A DNA stretch of 19,936 nucleotides from Candidatus Oleincola secundus (GTDB lineage: Bacteria; Atribacterota; Phoenicimicrobiia; Phoenicimicrobiales; Stramentimicrobiaceae). The translations under genes were made by a program, and so were the position numbers. The notes under the pieces were generated by a model, which had not been told where the DNA came from, made no database searches, and saw only the letters and a list, made by a program, of their open reading frames with translations. Shown here one piece after another: positions 9,230 through 17,858 of the stretch. The stretch's first letter is position 1, and each line of letters begins with the position of its first letter. The DNA lies in assembly GCA_018400815.1 (NCBI GenBank), contig JAGYLS010000030.1:1-19936 (forward strand), in the 5' to 3' direction.

Positions 9230-9246
9230 TGTGAATACTCTCCAAA

Positions 9247-9292
9247 ATGATATTGTATACATGTATTTATGTATACATGTATACAATATCAT
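9247..9292. promoter_or_regulatory. Putative GntR operator: 20-bp perfect inverted repeat containing tandem TGTATACA units
   Basis: ATGATATTGTATACATGTAT (9247-9266), a 6-nt spacer, then ATACATGTATACAATATCAT (9273-9292). The core 9254-9285 reads TGTATACA TGTATTTA TGTATACA TGTATACA. It fits the GntR GT-Nx-AC palindrome pattern and lies directly upstream of gntR. Confidence 0.8.
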
Positions 9293-9311
9293 GAATTCTA
9301 ATACATCGCAA
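9283..9311 (-). promoter_or_regulatory. Putative sigma70/sigmaA promoter of the gntR operon
   Basis: TTGCGA (9311-9306), 17 nt, TATTGT (9288-9283), with an extended -10 TG. The -10 box lies inside the inverted repeat. Confidence 0.5.
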
Positions 9312-9460
9312 CTAAATTTTATTTATTTCCAATAAAATATCGTGCACTTGTAGTTGCTACATACTAATTGTTATAATTTACTGAGTAAATTCTAATTTCT
9401 AAAATAAAACTTACTATAAAGTATTGACTCATGTTAAGATTAAAGAGGAGGATACATTTC

Positions 9461-10405
9461 TTGAATTTTTCAATATGTAATAAAATCTCTAAAAATATTA
9501 ATAAAGTTATTGTTGGAAAGAGTAAAGCGATTGAATTGATTCTGACTACCTTATTAGCTGAAGGCCATTTACTTCTAGAAGACGTACCCGGTGTAGGGAA
9601 AACCCTTATGGCAAGATGTCTGGCGAAAAGCATTGGCGGTAGCTTTCATCGAATCCAATTTACGCCGGATCTTCTTCCATCAGATATAACCGGATTTAAT
9701 GTCTATAATCAAAAAGAAGGCACCTTTAATTTTCAACCAGGCCCGGTAATATCTAATATACTTCTTGCTGATGAAATAAACAGAACCATACCCAGAACAC
9801 AATCCAGCCTTCTGGAAAGTATGCAGGAAAAACAGGTCACTGTTGATGGTGTAACGATGGATTTGCCATCCCCTTTTTTTGTTATGGCAACTCAAAACCC
9901 TATTGAACTGGAGGGTACCTTCCCTTTGCCTGAAGCTCAGTTAGATAGATTCCTAATGAAAATTAAACTGGATTATCCGACACATAAGGAAGAAATAACT
10001 ATTTTGGAACGATTTCAGAAAGAAGACCCTCTGGAACATATTAGTGCAGTTACTACCCCGGAGGAAATATTAAGGTTACAGAAAGAAAGACAAAAAATAT
10101 ATGTATCTAAACAAATTAATCATTATATAGTATCTCTAACTAATGCTACCCGAAATTATCCAAAGATTCGTTATGGTGCTAGCCCTAGAGCATCAATCCA
10201 CCTCATGAGAGCTGCACAGGCTCTAGCAGCTTTAAGAGATAGGGATTTTGTCTTACCTGATGATATAAAAGAACTTTTTATCCATATTCTAGCTCATCGC
10301 ATAATCATTGAAACAAAAGAAAGATTAAAGGGAATTACCCCAAAAATGGCGTTAGCAGAAATTTTAGAGCAAACAGAAATACCAATACCGGAATTAAGTA
10401 AATGA
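9461..10405 (+). CDS. moxR: MoxR family AAA+ ATPase
   Basis: Motifs GHLLLEDVPGVGKT (Walker A), RIQFTPDLLPSD, LLADEINR (Walker B), ATQNPIE.EGTFPLPEAQLDRF and GASPRA. Start is probably TTG 9461 after GAGGAGG rather than 9431. Confidence 0.95.
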   Translation: MNFSICNKISKNINKVIVGKSKAIELILTTLLAEGHLLLEDVPGVGKTLMARCLAKSIGGSFHRIQFTPDLLPSDITGFNVYNQKEGTFNFQPGPVISNILLADEINRTIPRTQSSLLESMQEKQVTVDGVTMDLPSPFFVMATQNPIELEGTFPLPEAQLDRFLMKIKLDYPTHKEEITILERFQKEDPLEHISAVTTPEEILRLQKERQKIYVSKQINHYIVSLTNATRNYPKIRYGASPRASIHLMRAAQALAALRDRDFVLPDDIKELFIHILAHRIIIETKERLKGITPKMALAEILEQTEIPIPELSK

Positions 10406-11610
10406 ATGATATGGATTATAACCGCCCTTTGTCATCAGTCTTTACTGATAGATTTTTCCGATTCCTGGTATTTATTTTACTATTCATTTCTTTACTCTAT
10501 GAACAAAAAAATCTTATTTTAATCTCAATATTAATACTGGCAATGTTTTACACTTCAAAATTATGGAGTTATTTAAGTGTAAAAAATATTCACTATTCTT
10601 TTGATGCAGAAAAGAAAAAAGGTTTCCCAGGAGAAAGTATCTTATTACAAGCAACAATTTTTAATAATAAATTTTTACCAATCTGGCTAAAATTAACAAT
10701 ACCAATAGATAATAGGCTCCTCTCTTCTGACTCAAAAGATGAATGCCTTTCTGAAGAATTCAGTTTACCCTGGCATGACCACTCTTTCTGGCAATGGAAG
10801 TTAACTGCAAGGAATAGAGGCTGCTATCAGGTAGGTCCACCTTATTTGGAAACCGGTGACCTGTTAGGACTTTTCCAACAAAGAAAGTACCTTTCCCAAT
10901 CTGTAGAAATGATAATCTACCCCAAAACTATTTCTTTAAACCTTCTCTCGTCTCCTGTCAAAGAATTATTTGGTAAACCAGGCTTAAATAGTCCGATTAA
11001 AGACCCGATATACCCTATTGCTACTCAAGATTATTACCACGGAGATCCCGCCAAATATATTCATTGGAAAGCCAGCGCCCGACATGATCGTCTTCAATCA
11101 AAAGTTTTTGATCCATCCTCTCAGAAAAAAACTCTTTTAATTGTTGATGTGAGCTCTTTTAAAAAGACAAAACATGAAGATTTGTTCGAAAAAACACTTG
11201 AGGCTGTTGCGGCAATAGCCATAGAATTTGATAGACAGGGTAGTCCATATGGTATTTTATCAAATGGCAAAATAGCAGGAGATTATAATTACAGCCTCTC
11301 CATCGCAACCGGTCCTGAGCAACTTTCTATGTCAATGGAATTACTGGCCAGACTTCAGCTGGAATCAGTTGGTTCAATGCAAGAAATACTATTTAAAAAA
11401 GATACAATACCAGAAGGAACCGGGTGCATATATTGTACCTTCAATTTAAATAAAAGAAATATTCAAATCACAGAATTTTTAAAACAACGCCACATACCTG
11501 TATATTTTATGATTGCCAGCTCCTCTCATCCTTCAGGCAAGATTAGCATTCCCATCTTTTTGTTAAATGAAATCCATGGCGGTATTCTGCAGACTGCAGA
11601 GAAAGGTTAA
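10402..11610 (+). CDS. DUF58 domain protein (MoxR partner, N-terminal membrane anchor)
   Basis: Motifs RGCYQVGP....GDLLGLF, IIYP and DYYHGDP.KYIHWKASAR...LQSKVFDP. ATGA-type overlap with the end of moxR (start lies within the last moxR codons). Confidence 0.9.
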   Translation: MNDMDYNRPLSSVFTDRFFRFLVFILLFISLLYEQKNLILISILILAMFYTSKLWSYLSVKNIHYSFDAEKKKGFPGESILLQATIFNNKFLPIWLKLTIPIDNRLLSSDSKDECLSEEFSLPWHDHSFWQWKLTARNRGCYQVGPPYLETGDLLGLFQQRKYLSQSVEMIIYPKTISLNLLSSPVKELFGKPGLNSPIKDPIYPIATQDYYHGDPAKYIHWKASARHDRLQSKVFDPSSQKKTLLIVDVSSFKKTKHEDLFEKTLEAVAAIAIEFDRQGSPYGILSNGKIAGDYNYSLSIATGPEQLSMSMELLARLQLESVGSMQEILFKKDTIPEGTGCIYCTFNLNKRNIQITEFLKQRHIPVYFMIASSSHPSGKISIPIFLLNEIHGGILQTAEKG

Positions 11611-11641
11611 TTTAGAAAGAAATATTTAAAAGGTATAACTT

Positions 11642-13066
11642 ATGACAGAAAGTTTGAAAAGTAAAAAGGCATTATTATTTATATTTGCCGGCATGATGGA
11701 AATAACATGGTTATATGCACTAACCTGTATATTATTTTTACTGCTGGAAGCTCCTCTCTTTCCAATATGGACAGCGGTTTTTGCCTTTTTTACTCCAATG
11801 ATTATTACATCTATTTTAGATGGAAGAGGAAGAAGAATCATTGAATACGTTGCATTGCATATTTTCTTCTATCTTTTAATTCTACTATATACTATATATT
11901 TCTATGGAAATTGGACAGAATCATTTCTGACTTTCCAATGGCTAAAAATGATTTTTCATCAACAACATGGATCTGTTGACGTGTTTACTTATCTATTGAT
12001 TATTTTTTGGTTTTCATTACTGTGGAGAGGGGGGTATAAATTGGCACACCGCTCAAATGATCATCTTACGATTAGTTCTCGCTTTGATCTGGGTATAGTA
12101 GCCCTTGTCTCTACTTTTATTATTTTGGGAAGTACAAATATATCCCTGCCCCATTCAAGTGCTTTAATAATATATTATTTCCTTTTTAGCATGTTTGCCA
12201 TCTCTATTGCTAAGAACTTAAAAAGCTCTAAAACAAAACACCCCTACCAACTTAGCAGAACTAGCTTCGTAATTACTTTTATCTTAATAGTATTTCTTTT
12301 TGGAAGCTGGATAGTATTATTTTTCTTACCTCAGATGACTTCCGCGGCTCAGTCAGGTTATAGGGTTTTAAAAATATTAGGCCAGCCCTTAGGTTCTTTT
12401 TTACTCAAAATTATTTTATTTCTCTTCGGTAACCGAAATCGTTCTGTTAATGTAGGCCCAACCTATTCTGGCGGTTCCGATATTCCATTGATAGAAAGTT
12501 CCGAACAAACCTGGTTTGCTCAACTATTGCAATGGATTATTACCTGGGGCTTTATAATCTTTTTGGGAATAGTGGTAATAATAGCAGTTGGTTGGCTGTT
12601 ATGGTTTTTATATAAGTGGTTTTCAACAAAAACAGATCTGGATACCGAGAAGAAAGGATTTTTTGAGGAAATGTTTTTTTCGTTCATAAACTTATTTAAT
12701 CTTGGTAAAAAATATATTTACAAAATAATTTTTGCTTTAAAAAAACGTCATATTAACCGGAGAACTACTTATTTCTTTTTTAAAAAACTTTGCAATTGGG
12801 GTAAAATAAGTGGTATTCCAAGAAAAGCATCAAAAACACCTCAGGAATATGGAAAATATTTAATTCATTTTTTCCCTAATAAACAATCAGAAATTCAGCT
12901 TATTATTGAGGGTTTTAACAAAGAAATATATGGCAATAAACTAACTCAAAAAGATCAATTAATCAATATAAAAAAAGCCTGGCAAAATCTTGCCAGTCCC
13001 TTAAAATGGCCTTTACGCCTATGGGTCAGAGTTTTTTTATCTAAGAAACAAAATATAATAACCTGA
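11642..13066 (+). CDS. Polytopic membrane protein with probable C-terminal DUF4129 domain
   Basis: About 9-10 hydrophobic segments. The C-terminus G.PR..SKTPQEY...L.......F.KEIYG resembles DUF4129. Third gene after moxR and DUF58. Confidence 0.72.
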   Translation: MTESLKSKKALLFIFAGMMEITWLYALTCILFLLLEAPLFPIWTAVFAFFTPMIITSILDGRGRRIIEYVALHIFFYLLILLYTIYFYGNWTESFLTFQWLKMIFHQQHGSVDVFTYLLIIFWFSLLWRGGYKLAHRSNDHLTISSRFDLGIVALVSTFIILGSTNISLPHSSALIIYYFLFSMFAISIAKNLKSSKTKHPYQLSRTSFVITFILIVFLFGSWIVLFFLPQMTSAAQSGYRVLKILGQPLGSFLLKIILFLFGNRNRSVNVGPTYSGGSDIPLIESSEQTWFAQLLQWIITWGFIIFLGIVVIIAVGWLLWFLYKWFSTKTDLDTEKKGFFEEMFFSFINLFNLGKKYIYKIIFALKKRHINRRTTYFFFKKLCNWGKISGIPRKASKTPQEYGKYLIHFFPNKQSEIQLIIEGFNKEIYGNKLTQKDQLINIKKAWQNLASPLKWPLRLWVRVFLSKKQNIIT

Positions 13067-13103
13067 TGTGTTTATATGGCATATTAATATTATTTATCTT
13101 TAG

Positions 13104-14264
13104 TTAGAAAGTATAACCAATCCGATAAATTGCAAATTCCTTATGACCTAAAATCTCAGACTTTGTCATTTTTCCATTGCATACCTTAATTATCTCGTTA
13201 AATATTTTTTGACCTATTTCTTCAATTGTTTTGCCTTTGTTAATAATTTCACCTGCGTTTACATCAATATGTTCAGACATGTTTTTATATAGCATAGTAT
13301 TGCTACTAATTTTGATAACCGGTGCAATCGGTGAACCGGTAGGTGTACCCCTGCCAGTAGTAAAGACAACAATTTGTGCTCCACCGGCCAACATTCCTGT
13401 TATTGATTCAATATCTTGCCCGGGAGTATCCATAAAATAAAGACCTTTTTTATCGGGAATTTCCTCTGCATACTCAAGCACTCCGATAATAGAAGAGTTC
13501 CCTGCTTTATGAATACAACCCAGAGATTTCTCCTCAATAGTTGTTAAGCCACCTTCAATATTTCCAGGGGTAGGTTGAGTACCTCTTAAATCGACATGCA
13601 TATCGATTGCTCTTTTCTCAATTCGTTCAATCATAAATAATATTTTTTGGGCAATTCTTTTATTGTAAGCCCTTTTGACAATTATGTTATCTGCTCCAAT
13701 CAATTCTGTAGTTTCTGAAAGGATTGAACTTCCTCCATGTTTTATCAATAAATCAGAAGCGACCCCCACTGAAGGATTCGCTGTAATACCCGATGCAGGA
13801 TCAGAACCGCCACATTCCAGGGCAAGAGTAATTTTACTAATATCGAATTCTTCTTTCTTTTGGTGAAGCAGCTTTTCCATCATTCTCCTGCAAATTATTT
13901 CACCTTCTTTAATAGTCTTTGCTGTACCGCCTTTTCTTTGAATAATGATTTGTTCAACCGGTTTTGCTGATTTTTCAATCTCTCGTTTTACTTCTTCAGG
14001 ATTAATACCTTCACAACCCAGGGCAACAATCAGGACAGCTCCAACATTCGGATTTTTCGCAAATCCAACCAGCGTCCTTAGCACTTGTTTATAATCCTCA
14101 CCAACATGACAACAACCATGTTGATGAGGTAAAGCAATGCTACCGGGAATAAGTTGACTTATTCTTACTGCCGTTTCACTTGCACAAACCGAAACAGGCA
14201 AAATAAGCAAATGATTCCGGATTCCATATTTCCCGTTATCTCTTTTATATCCTTTTATTTTCAT
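13104..14264 (-). CDS. UxaA/GarD family dehydratase, large (beta) subunit (altronate/galactarate dehydratase or SuyB-like)
   Basis: Motifs GYKRDNGKYGIRNH, HQHGC, NPNVGAVL...LGCE, ECGGSD..SG..ANP, PTPGNIEGGLTTIEEKSLG and FTTGRGTP. 386 aa with no N-terminal SAF domain. Confidence 0.92.
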   Translation of the reverse strand: MKIKGYKRDNGKYGIRNHLLILPVSVCASETAVRISQLIPGSIALPHQHGCCHVGEDYKQVLRTLVGFAKNPNVGAVLIVALGCEGINPEEVKREIEKSAKPVEQIIIQRKGGTAKTIKEGEIICRRMMEKLLHQKKEEFDISKITLALECGGSDPASGITANPSVGVASDLLIKHGGSSILSETTELIGADNIIVKRAYNKRIAQKILFMIERIEKRAIDMHVDLRGTQPTPGNIEGGLTTIEEKSLGCIHKAGNSSIIGVLEYAEEIPDKKGLYFMDTPGQDIESITGMLAGGAQIVVFTTGRGTPTGSPIAPVIKISSNTMLYKNMSEHIDVNAGEIINKGKTIEEIGQKIFNEIIKVCNGKMTKSEILGHKEFAIYRIGYTF

Positions 14265-14348
14265 CTTCTCATTCGATTAATTAAAATGAATTTTTATATT
14301 TTTTATACAGAACAAATTCTACTAATTATAAGAACATGATTTAGAATT

Positions 14349-15137
14349 TTAGAAACTTACCACTTTATTGCTTAATATGCCGATTCCTTCTATTTCAACC
14401 TCAATAATGTCTCCTGGTTTCAAGAAAACCACCGGTTTACGGGCAAACCCTACACCTTCCGGTGTACCGGTCATAATTATTGTACCAGGATAAAGGGTAA
14501 AATTCTTTGAACAGTAACTAACCAATTCCCTGGTGCTAAAAATAAGGTCTGAAGTATTGGAATCCTGCATTACTTTTCCGTTCAATCTGGATACTATTTT
14601 GCAATTATCGGGATCAGGAAGTTCAGTCTCAATCCAGGGGCCTAAAGGACAGAAGGTGTCAAAAGACTTACCCCTGGCCCATTGTTTATCAATACGGAGC
14701 TGACAATCTCTTGCAGATACATCATTGGAACAGGTATACCCCAGGATGTAATCCGATACTTCATCTATTTCTATATTTTTAGCCTTCTTGCCGATAACAA
14801 TAGCCAATTCAGCCTCATAGTCTACTTCGTCTGGAGCTGCTTCAGGAATAATTATCTTATCTTCCGGGCCAATCACACTGGAAGTAGTCTTCAAAAATAT
14901 TAGTGGCCTCTCAGGATAAGATTGACCACTTTCATCAGCATGCTTTTTATAATTAAGACCTATGGCAATAACATCAAGTGGAATTATAGGGGCTAACAAT
15001 TTTACATCACTTATTTTCAATTTCTGTGAACTTATTTTAAATTCACCAAACAATTCTCCTTCGATTGGATTAATTTCTTTGCCTTTTAATACACCATAAA
15101 ATACTTCATTATTCCTTTGATATCTTACTACCTTCAT
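14349..15137 (-). CDS. Fumarylacetoacetate (FAH) hydrolase family protein
   Basis: Motifs IGLNYKKHA, DYEAELAIVIGK, GYTCSNDVSARD, WARGKSFDTFCPLGP and TGTPEGVG. AAGGAGG SD upstream. Confidence 0.95.
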   Translation of the reverse strand: MKVVRYQRNNEVFYGVLKGKEINPIEGELFGEFKISSQKLKISDVKLLAPIIPLDVIAIGLNYKKHADESGQSYPERPLIFLKTTSSVIGPEDKIIIPEAAPDEVDYEAELAIVIGKKAKNIEIDEVSDYILGYTCSNDVSARDCQLRIDKQWARGKSFDTFCPLGPWIETELPDPDNCKIVSRLNGKVMQDSNTSDLIFSTRELVSYCSKNFTLYPGTIIMTGTPEGVGFARKPVVFLKPGDIIEVEIEGIGILSNKVVSF

Positions 15138-15299
15138 AATTCCTCCTTATTAAAAATATTTTTAAAAATCAGTAAATCTAATTGAGATTATTTATTATAA
15201 TACATTAATTAATTGCTTTTTCAATTTTATCTAATCTTTCTTTTAATTTCTTACTGATCAGCTTAGTCAAATCCAAAATTAAATCACTTATCTTTATTT

Positions 15300-15778
15300 C
15301 TATCTAAAACTGATATGCCTTTTACTGTTATTAAGTAAATATCCATATAATGGATTAAATAAGACCAACCAGCACACATTCCTTCCCGAATGAGTCCTCA
15401 TCCCATAAACGTAATCTTCTTGCTGGTTCTAAAGTCATCTTTCGAATAGCTTCTGCCAAGTCATTATTTTAACTCTCTAAGAGTATTTTCGGTGAACACG
15501 ATAAATATTTGTATGTTCTGTATTTATATTGCCCTCATAATCTATCAGCACAGGATTGTTTGAAAAGGGCTTTCATAATATAAGCAACATCATCCAGGCT
15601 AATCGCAAAGTATACGGCAACAACTGAAGGCCATTCCTTTTCATCGATTTCTTTCATCTGCATCAATTTTTATCTCTTTTGTATCTTTTTTATCCTATTT
15701 TCTTCAATTAATAAGTCTGAAAGAAGGGATTGGTTCCAGTTCCATCGTAAATCCATGTATTTTGATTAAAAATTTCAT
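15300..15778 (-). pseudogene. Remnant of an N-acyl-D-amino-acid deacylase (D-aminoacylase, amidohydrolase superfamily); frameshifted with a large internal deletion
   Basis: Stitching frames from ATG 15778 gives MKFLIK/NTWIYDGTGTNPF/SDLLIEENRIKKI/EIKIDADE..KGMA. It then jumps at about 15625 to VVAVYFAISLDDVAYIMK..., followed by EAIRKMTLEPARRLRLWD (15453-15400) and GLIREGMCA..VLFNP, all typical D-aminoacylase N- and C-terminal motifs. The 3' boundary is approximate. Confidence 0.8.
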
Positions 15779-16172
15779 ATAAAATTGCCTTATATATAGT
15801 TGTTATTTTTTTATTTCTCAAAATTATTTGACAATATTCCTCTTGTTCCCAGTACACTACAAAAAAAAGCCGAATTACTTTATTTACCACCAAAATAATT
15901 CTATGTTCTATGTCTCTTTTGAAAAATTCAAACATTTAATAAGCGTACTATTTATCAATGGTTTTTAACATCAAATTAAATAGTCAATCTATCTAAAATT
16001 GATTGTTATTCTAATCTGCCAATTTGCAAATAAAACACTCTCTTAGGCTAAAAACTAATAATCAAAACCAAGAAATATTTTAAAGCTTGTAAAATCCAGT
16101 TATCTTATTGTTATAAAATATAGGTTATTCAAAATAATCAACTAAAAGTCATAATTATTATCTTTAAAACAT

Positions 16173-16190
16173 TATGGAGAATATGGAGAA
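16173..16190 (+). repeat. 9-bp tandem duplication TATGGAGAA x2 covering the SD of the nuclease pseudogene
   Basis: TATGGAGAA at 16173-16181 and again at 16182-16190, followed by ATG at 16195. Confidence 0.6.
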
Positions 16191-16194
16191 GACA

Positions 16195-17667
16195 ATGTAT
16201 CAAAAATTCTGCTGATATGCTTTATAATTATATCCAATGCCCTCATCAAGCTTATACCTGGATTTGTTTGAAGATCCTGATAAAAGGGATCCGGAGACTG
16301 CCTTTATAGTTGCTCTGGGAAAGAGGAGTTGATTTGAAAAGCAGTCATGACTGAGATGAAACAGATTTTTCTGGATTTGAGTTCCTTTTCAGGTATAGAA
16401 AAAGAAAGCAGGACCTGAAAAGCCTTGGATAATGGAATTGCTATTATCTATACCGGACGTCTCAGTACTGGACAACCTGGTCGGTGAACCGGATTTATTG
16501 TTAAAAAAAAGATAACGGTTATATTGCCGGAGATATTAAAAGCGGATCCGGCCTGAAGCAAAACGAACTATCGGAAGGAAAACCCAAACTGCATTATGCC
16601 ACTCAATTAGGATTATATACTGATATTCGAACAATTAAATTATTCTCATGCTAAAACACCTTTTATTCATGATGTTCACGGAAGAGACATCATCTATAAC
16701 CTGGAACAGCCTAGGGAAAAAGGAATCGTGAACTTAGGGATACTTAATAACAAACTTTAATAGATGCTCAAAAATTATAGAGCAGGAAATTGCAACAACC
16801 TGCCCATTGCAGTGCATGCAAACTATGTCACTGGAGGTCTTATTGTCTGAGACAGCTTATTTTAAGGAAAGATTTGACTTTGATTCCGGAACTGAACAGA
16901 AAAAGATATCCTGCAAAAAGCAACAAAGAAATTTACCGACTTTGCCAAAAACCTTCCCGGAATTCATAAATGGTGAAAAACACTGCCTCTGGAATTGGTA
17001 TTAATACCTTACGCGTAAATACCATGCCCGGCGAAACTTTTAGCCAGAATCAGACAAAACGCCTATGTCAAAAGTAAGATTGAATTTCCTTAACTGATAC
17101 CGAACTATTTTTTGATGTGGAAACAGATCCCATGCGGGATTTTGTTACCCAAAGGTTTTGTTGAACGTCACTACCAGGATCCCTCTACTGAAAAAATATG
17201 TTCCCTTCTTTGCTGACCATGCTACCGCTAAAGAAGAAGAAAGGGCTTTTATTGATGCCTGGCATTATATCAAAAAGCATTTCCCATGTACTGTTTATTA
17301 CTATTCTCCTTATGAAAAAACGATCTGGAAAAAATTGCATCAGAAATATCCGGAGATAATATCAAAAACTGAATTGGAGTCTTTTTTTAATTCACCTCTG
17401 GTTATTGATCTGTATGGTGATATTGTCAGAAAGCATACCGAGTGGCCAACCTTCAGCTATTCAATAAAAGACCTGGCCAAATACCTGGGTTTTCGCTGGC
17501 GGGATGAAAGCCCTTCCGGCGCTGAATCTATTGAATGGTATCACCGCTGGCTGGAAAAAGAGAAACCAGAAATCAAAGAACGTATCCTTCAATATAATGA
17601 AGATGACTGTATTGCCATGCGAGTGTTACTGGAAGGCATTAAAACACTACAGCTAAAAATAAATTAA
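16195..17667 (+). pseudogene. TM0106-family RecB-like nuclease (PD-(D/E)xK domain plus C-terminal YprB/RNase H-like domain), multiply frameshifted
   Basis: Motifs recovered across different frames: MLYNYIQCPH (16217-16246), GEPDLL (16483-16500), GDIKSG (16529-16546), HYATQLGLY (from 16592), CKLCHWRSYC (16817-16846) and FFDVETDP (17108-17131). The intact C-terminal ORF 17158..17667 has YYYSPYEK, SYSIKDLAKYLGFRWRD and YNEDDC. Confidence 0.85.
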
Positions 17668-17784
17668 TTAAATTTTAACAGCTACTCTATTTATTATTCT
17701 CCCGCCCCCGGAAATGGCCAATCTCTTTGATTCTTTTAAATATTACAATTATTCTATAATTCTTACCATTATATTCTGTATTGC

Positions 17785-17811
17785 TGAAAGAAAAGCTTAT
17801 ATTTTTTCGTA
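17785..17811 (+). promoter_or_regulatory. Putative ECF sigma promoter TGAAAG-N17-CGTA
   Basis: TGAAAG at 17785-17790 and CGTA at 17808-17811. Resembles Bacillus SigW/SigM/SigX-type promoters (TGAAAC-N16/17-CGTA/C) and lies about 48 nt before the first gene of the ECF cluster. Confidence 0.55.
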
Positions 17812-17858
17812 TTATTATTAGCATTAATAAAATAAACAAATAAGGAAAGGAAAACAAG

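Noticed and set aside
9230..9292. N-terminal extension of GntR (MILYTCIHKYMYT...)
   Set aside because: It is a translation of the operator palindrome. The SD supports ATG 9229.
753..14903. Numerous antisense or alternative-frame ORFs (e.g. 753..947, 1623..1964, 2172..2522, 5018..5554, 7636..7983, 8916..9200, 9364..9633, 13231..13440, 14682..14903)
   Set aside because: They overlap well-supported genes, have no recognisable motifs, and are the expected shadows of hydrophobic or AT-rich coding sequence.
15708..15935. 75-aa ORF as a stand-alone small protein
   Set aside because: Only its last residues (WIYDGTG) are meaningful, and they belong to the D-aminoacylase pseudogene.
16405..16430. In-frame TGA in the nuclease relic as recoding (selenocysteine or alternative genetic code)
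   Set aside because: It is a single stop amid many frameshifts, and TGA serves as a normal stop for other genes here (gntR, the DUF4129-like gene, the sigma factor).
16807..17004. 65-aa plus-strand ORF
   Set aside because: Mostly an out-of-frame piece of the nuclease pseudogene.
16195..17858. Cas4-like motifs suggesting a CRISPR-Cas locus
   Set aside because: No repeat-spacer array and no cas1/cas2 in the window. The domain layout fits TM0106-family nucleases.
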